IMG/VR virus record: IMGVR_UViG_3300042346_000645 | Span: 1 to 57,763 of that record | DNA length: 57,763 nt | DNA from: a virus | Lineage: Duplodnaviria; Caudoviricetes | Strand: one strand, 5' to 3' | Shown here: positions 56,709 through 57,763 of the stretch, piece by piece | How the letters are laid out: every line of letters starts with the position of its first letter | Position numbering within the stretch: position 1 is the stretch's first letter | Position numbers and translations under genes: made by a program | The notes under the pieces: model-generated | What the model was told of the DNA's origin: nothing | The model's input: only the letters and a program-made list of their open reading frames with translations | Database searches by the model: none

Positions 56709-57763
56709 TTATCTCCGTCCAGTAACATATTGCGACCACCATTGGTCAGCAGCGGCATTTCTATTGTCATTATAATTACCCATATTAACACCGTTTTGCT
56801 GATTAGTGGGGATTTGGAAATTCTTAAAGGCATCCATAAACCCTTGCGTTGCTTGTGTACCAAAGGCTTGATTCTTAGCATCAACACCACTAAGGATATT
56901 AGTTTTAAGTGCATCTGCGCTAGTATTCCAATTTTTTAAAAAGTCAGCATTTTGAGTGGTTAAGGCAGTTTGATTGGCTTGTAATGCATCATTATACGCT
57001 TTAGAACTAGCTGCTTGTTGAGCCTGTAAGGCATCATTATACGCTTTAGAACTAGATGCTTGTTGAGTATTTAATGCAGAATTTAATTGTTCAATAGTAA
57101 TACTTTGCGGCGTAGTTACAGGTGTAGCTGTAGCCGTGTCTGTAGGTACAGTTACAGGCTTAGGTCTACCACCTGCAGGTGCAGGTGTAGTCACAGGTGT
57201 GGTTGTTACAGGTGTAGTCACAGGTGTGGTTGTTACAGGTGTAGTCACAGGTGTAGCTGTTGTAGCTGTTGTAGGTGTATTTGAAAGCTCAGTTGCTGAT
57301 GCGGTTGAAAGTGCAGTTACAGGTGGATTTGAAAGAGTGTTTACAGGAGCTTTTGTCGCGCCATCGGATTGTGCTATTTGCGCTTTAAATTCTTCTTGTT
57401 GATCTTGCATTACCTTTTGAAGTATTTTTGCATACCCTACATCACCATACTGTGCAGTAAGTTCTTCAATAGAGGGAATTGGTCTATTTGCCTCAATTCT
57501 CATGTAATCTACAGGTATAGTTGAAAGCTCAGTTGCTGATGCGGTTGAAAGCGCAGTTGCAGGTGGATTTGAAAGAGTATTTACAGGAGCTTTTGTCGCG
57601 CCATCGGATTGTGCTATTTGCGCTTTAAATTCTTCTTGTTGATCTTGCATTACCTTTTGAAGTATTTTTGCATACCCTACATCACCATACTGTGCAGTAA
57701 GTTCTTCAATAGAGGGAATTGGTCTATTTGCCTCAATTCTCATGTAATCTACAGGTATAGTTG
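56709..57763 (-). CDS. Virion-module protein with an 80-aa tandem duplication; true start lies across the circular join at 131
   Basis: ATG at 131-129 gives MATIPVDY, in frame through the 127-bp overlap; TTPV repeats. Confidence 0.65.
   Translation of the reverse strand, partial: TIPVDYMRIEANRPIPSIEELTAQYGDVGYAKILQKVMQDQQEEFKAQIAQSDGATKAPVNTLSNPPATALSTASATELSTIPVDYMRIEANRPIPSIEELTAQYGDVGYAKILQKVMQDQQEEFKAQIAQSDGATKAPVNTLSNPPVTALSTASATELSNTPTTATTATPVTTPVTTTPVTTPVTTTPVTTPAPAGGRPKPVTVPTDTATATPVTTPQSITIEQLNSALNTQQASSSKAYNDALQAQQAASSKAYNDALQANQTALTTQNADFLKNWNTSADALKTNILSGVDAKNQAFGTQATQGFMDAFKNFQIPTNQQNGVNMGNYNDNRNAAADQWWSQYVTGRR
57282..57763. repeat. 240-bp tandem duplication
   Basis: Period of 240 (e.g. 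57361 vs 57601) with few substitutions. Confidence 0.9.

Noticed and set aside
53238-57402. Plus-strand ORFs over the repeat-rich late genes, and similar antisense ORFs genome-wide
   Set aside because: Shadow frames of low-complexity coding sequence without RBS or motifs.
1-57763. tRNA genes or stop-codon reassignment
   Set aside because: No cloverleaf with a T-loop motif noticed by eye; standard-code ORFs tile the genome without fragmentation.

Overview
The window appears to be a complete, circularly assembled dsDNA phage genome of about 57.6 kb: positions 1-127 are identical to 57637-57763. It looks podovirus-like, and I found no integrase or tRNA. A long minus-strand late/structural unit runs from 26187 down to 144 and continues across the join from 57763 to 47438. 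It encodes putative ejection proteins, a 4056-aa polyvalent protein, TerS/TerL, portal, scaffold, an N4-gp56-type major capsid, tail proteins, repeat-rich virion proteins, tail fibres, holins and a lysozyme. The plus strand carries small early genes (26.7-29.9 kb) and a replication/metabolism arm: DUF2800 nuclease, DUF2815 SSB, PhoH, B-type DNA polymerase, VRR-NUC, SNF2 helicase, NrdJb, dUTPase and ThyX. A minus-strand primase-helicase and a Cro-like gene lie next to an iteron-rich putative origin. The strongest unexplained signal is a 1.2-kb non-coding array at 36030-37193. It contains four 110-190 nt cassettes, each closed by a 17-20 bp stem. Two cassettes are covarying paralogues, and the array also holds pseudoknot and kissing-loop modules, so it may be a polycistronic structured-RNA array, possibly of anti-defence decoys. 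Also notable are a stand-alone micro-ORF behind a 16-nt complement of the 16S rRNA 3' end, a Fur box near the early promoter, and an orphan nrdJb. Family assignments come from recalled motifs; no searches were run.
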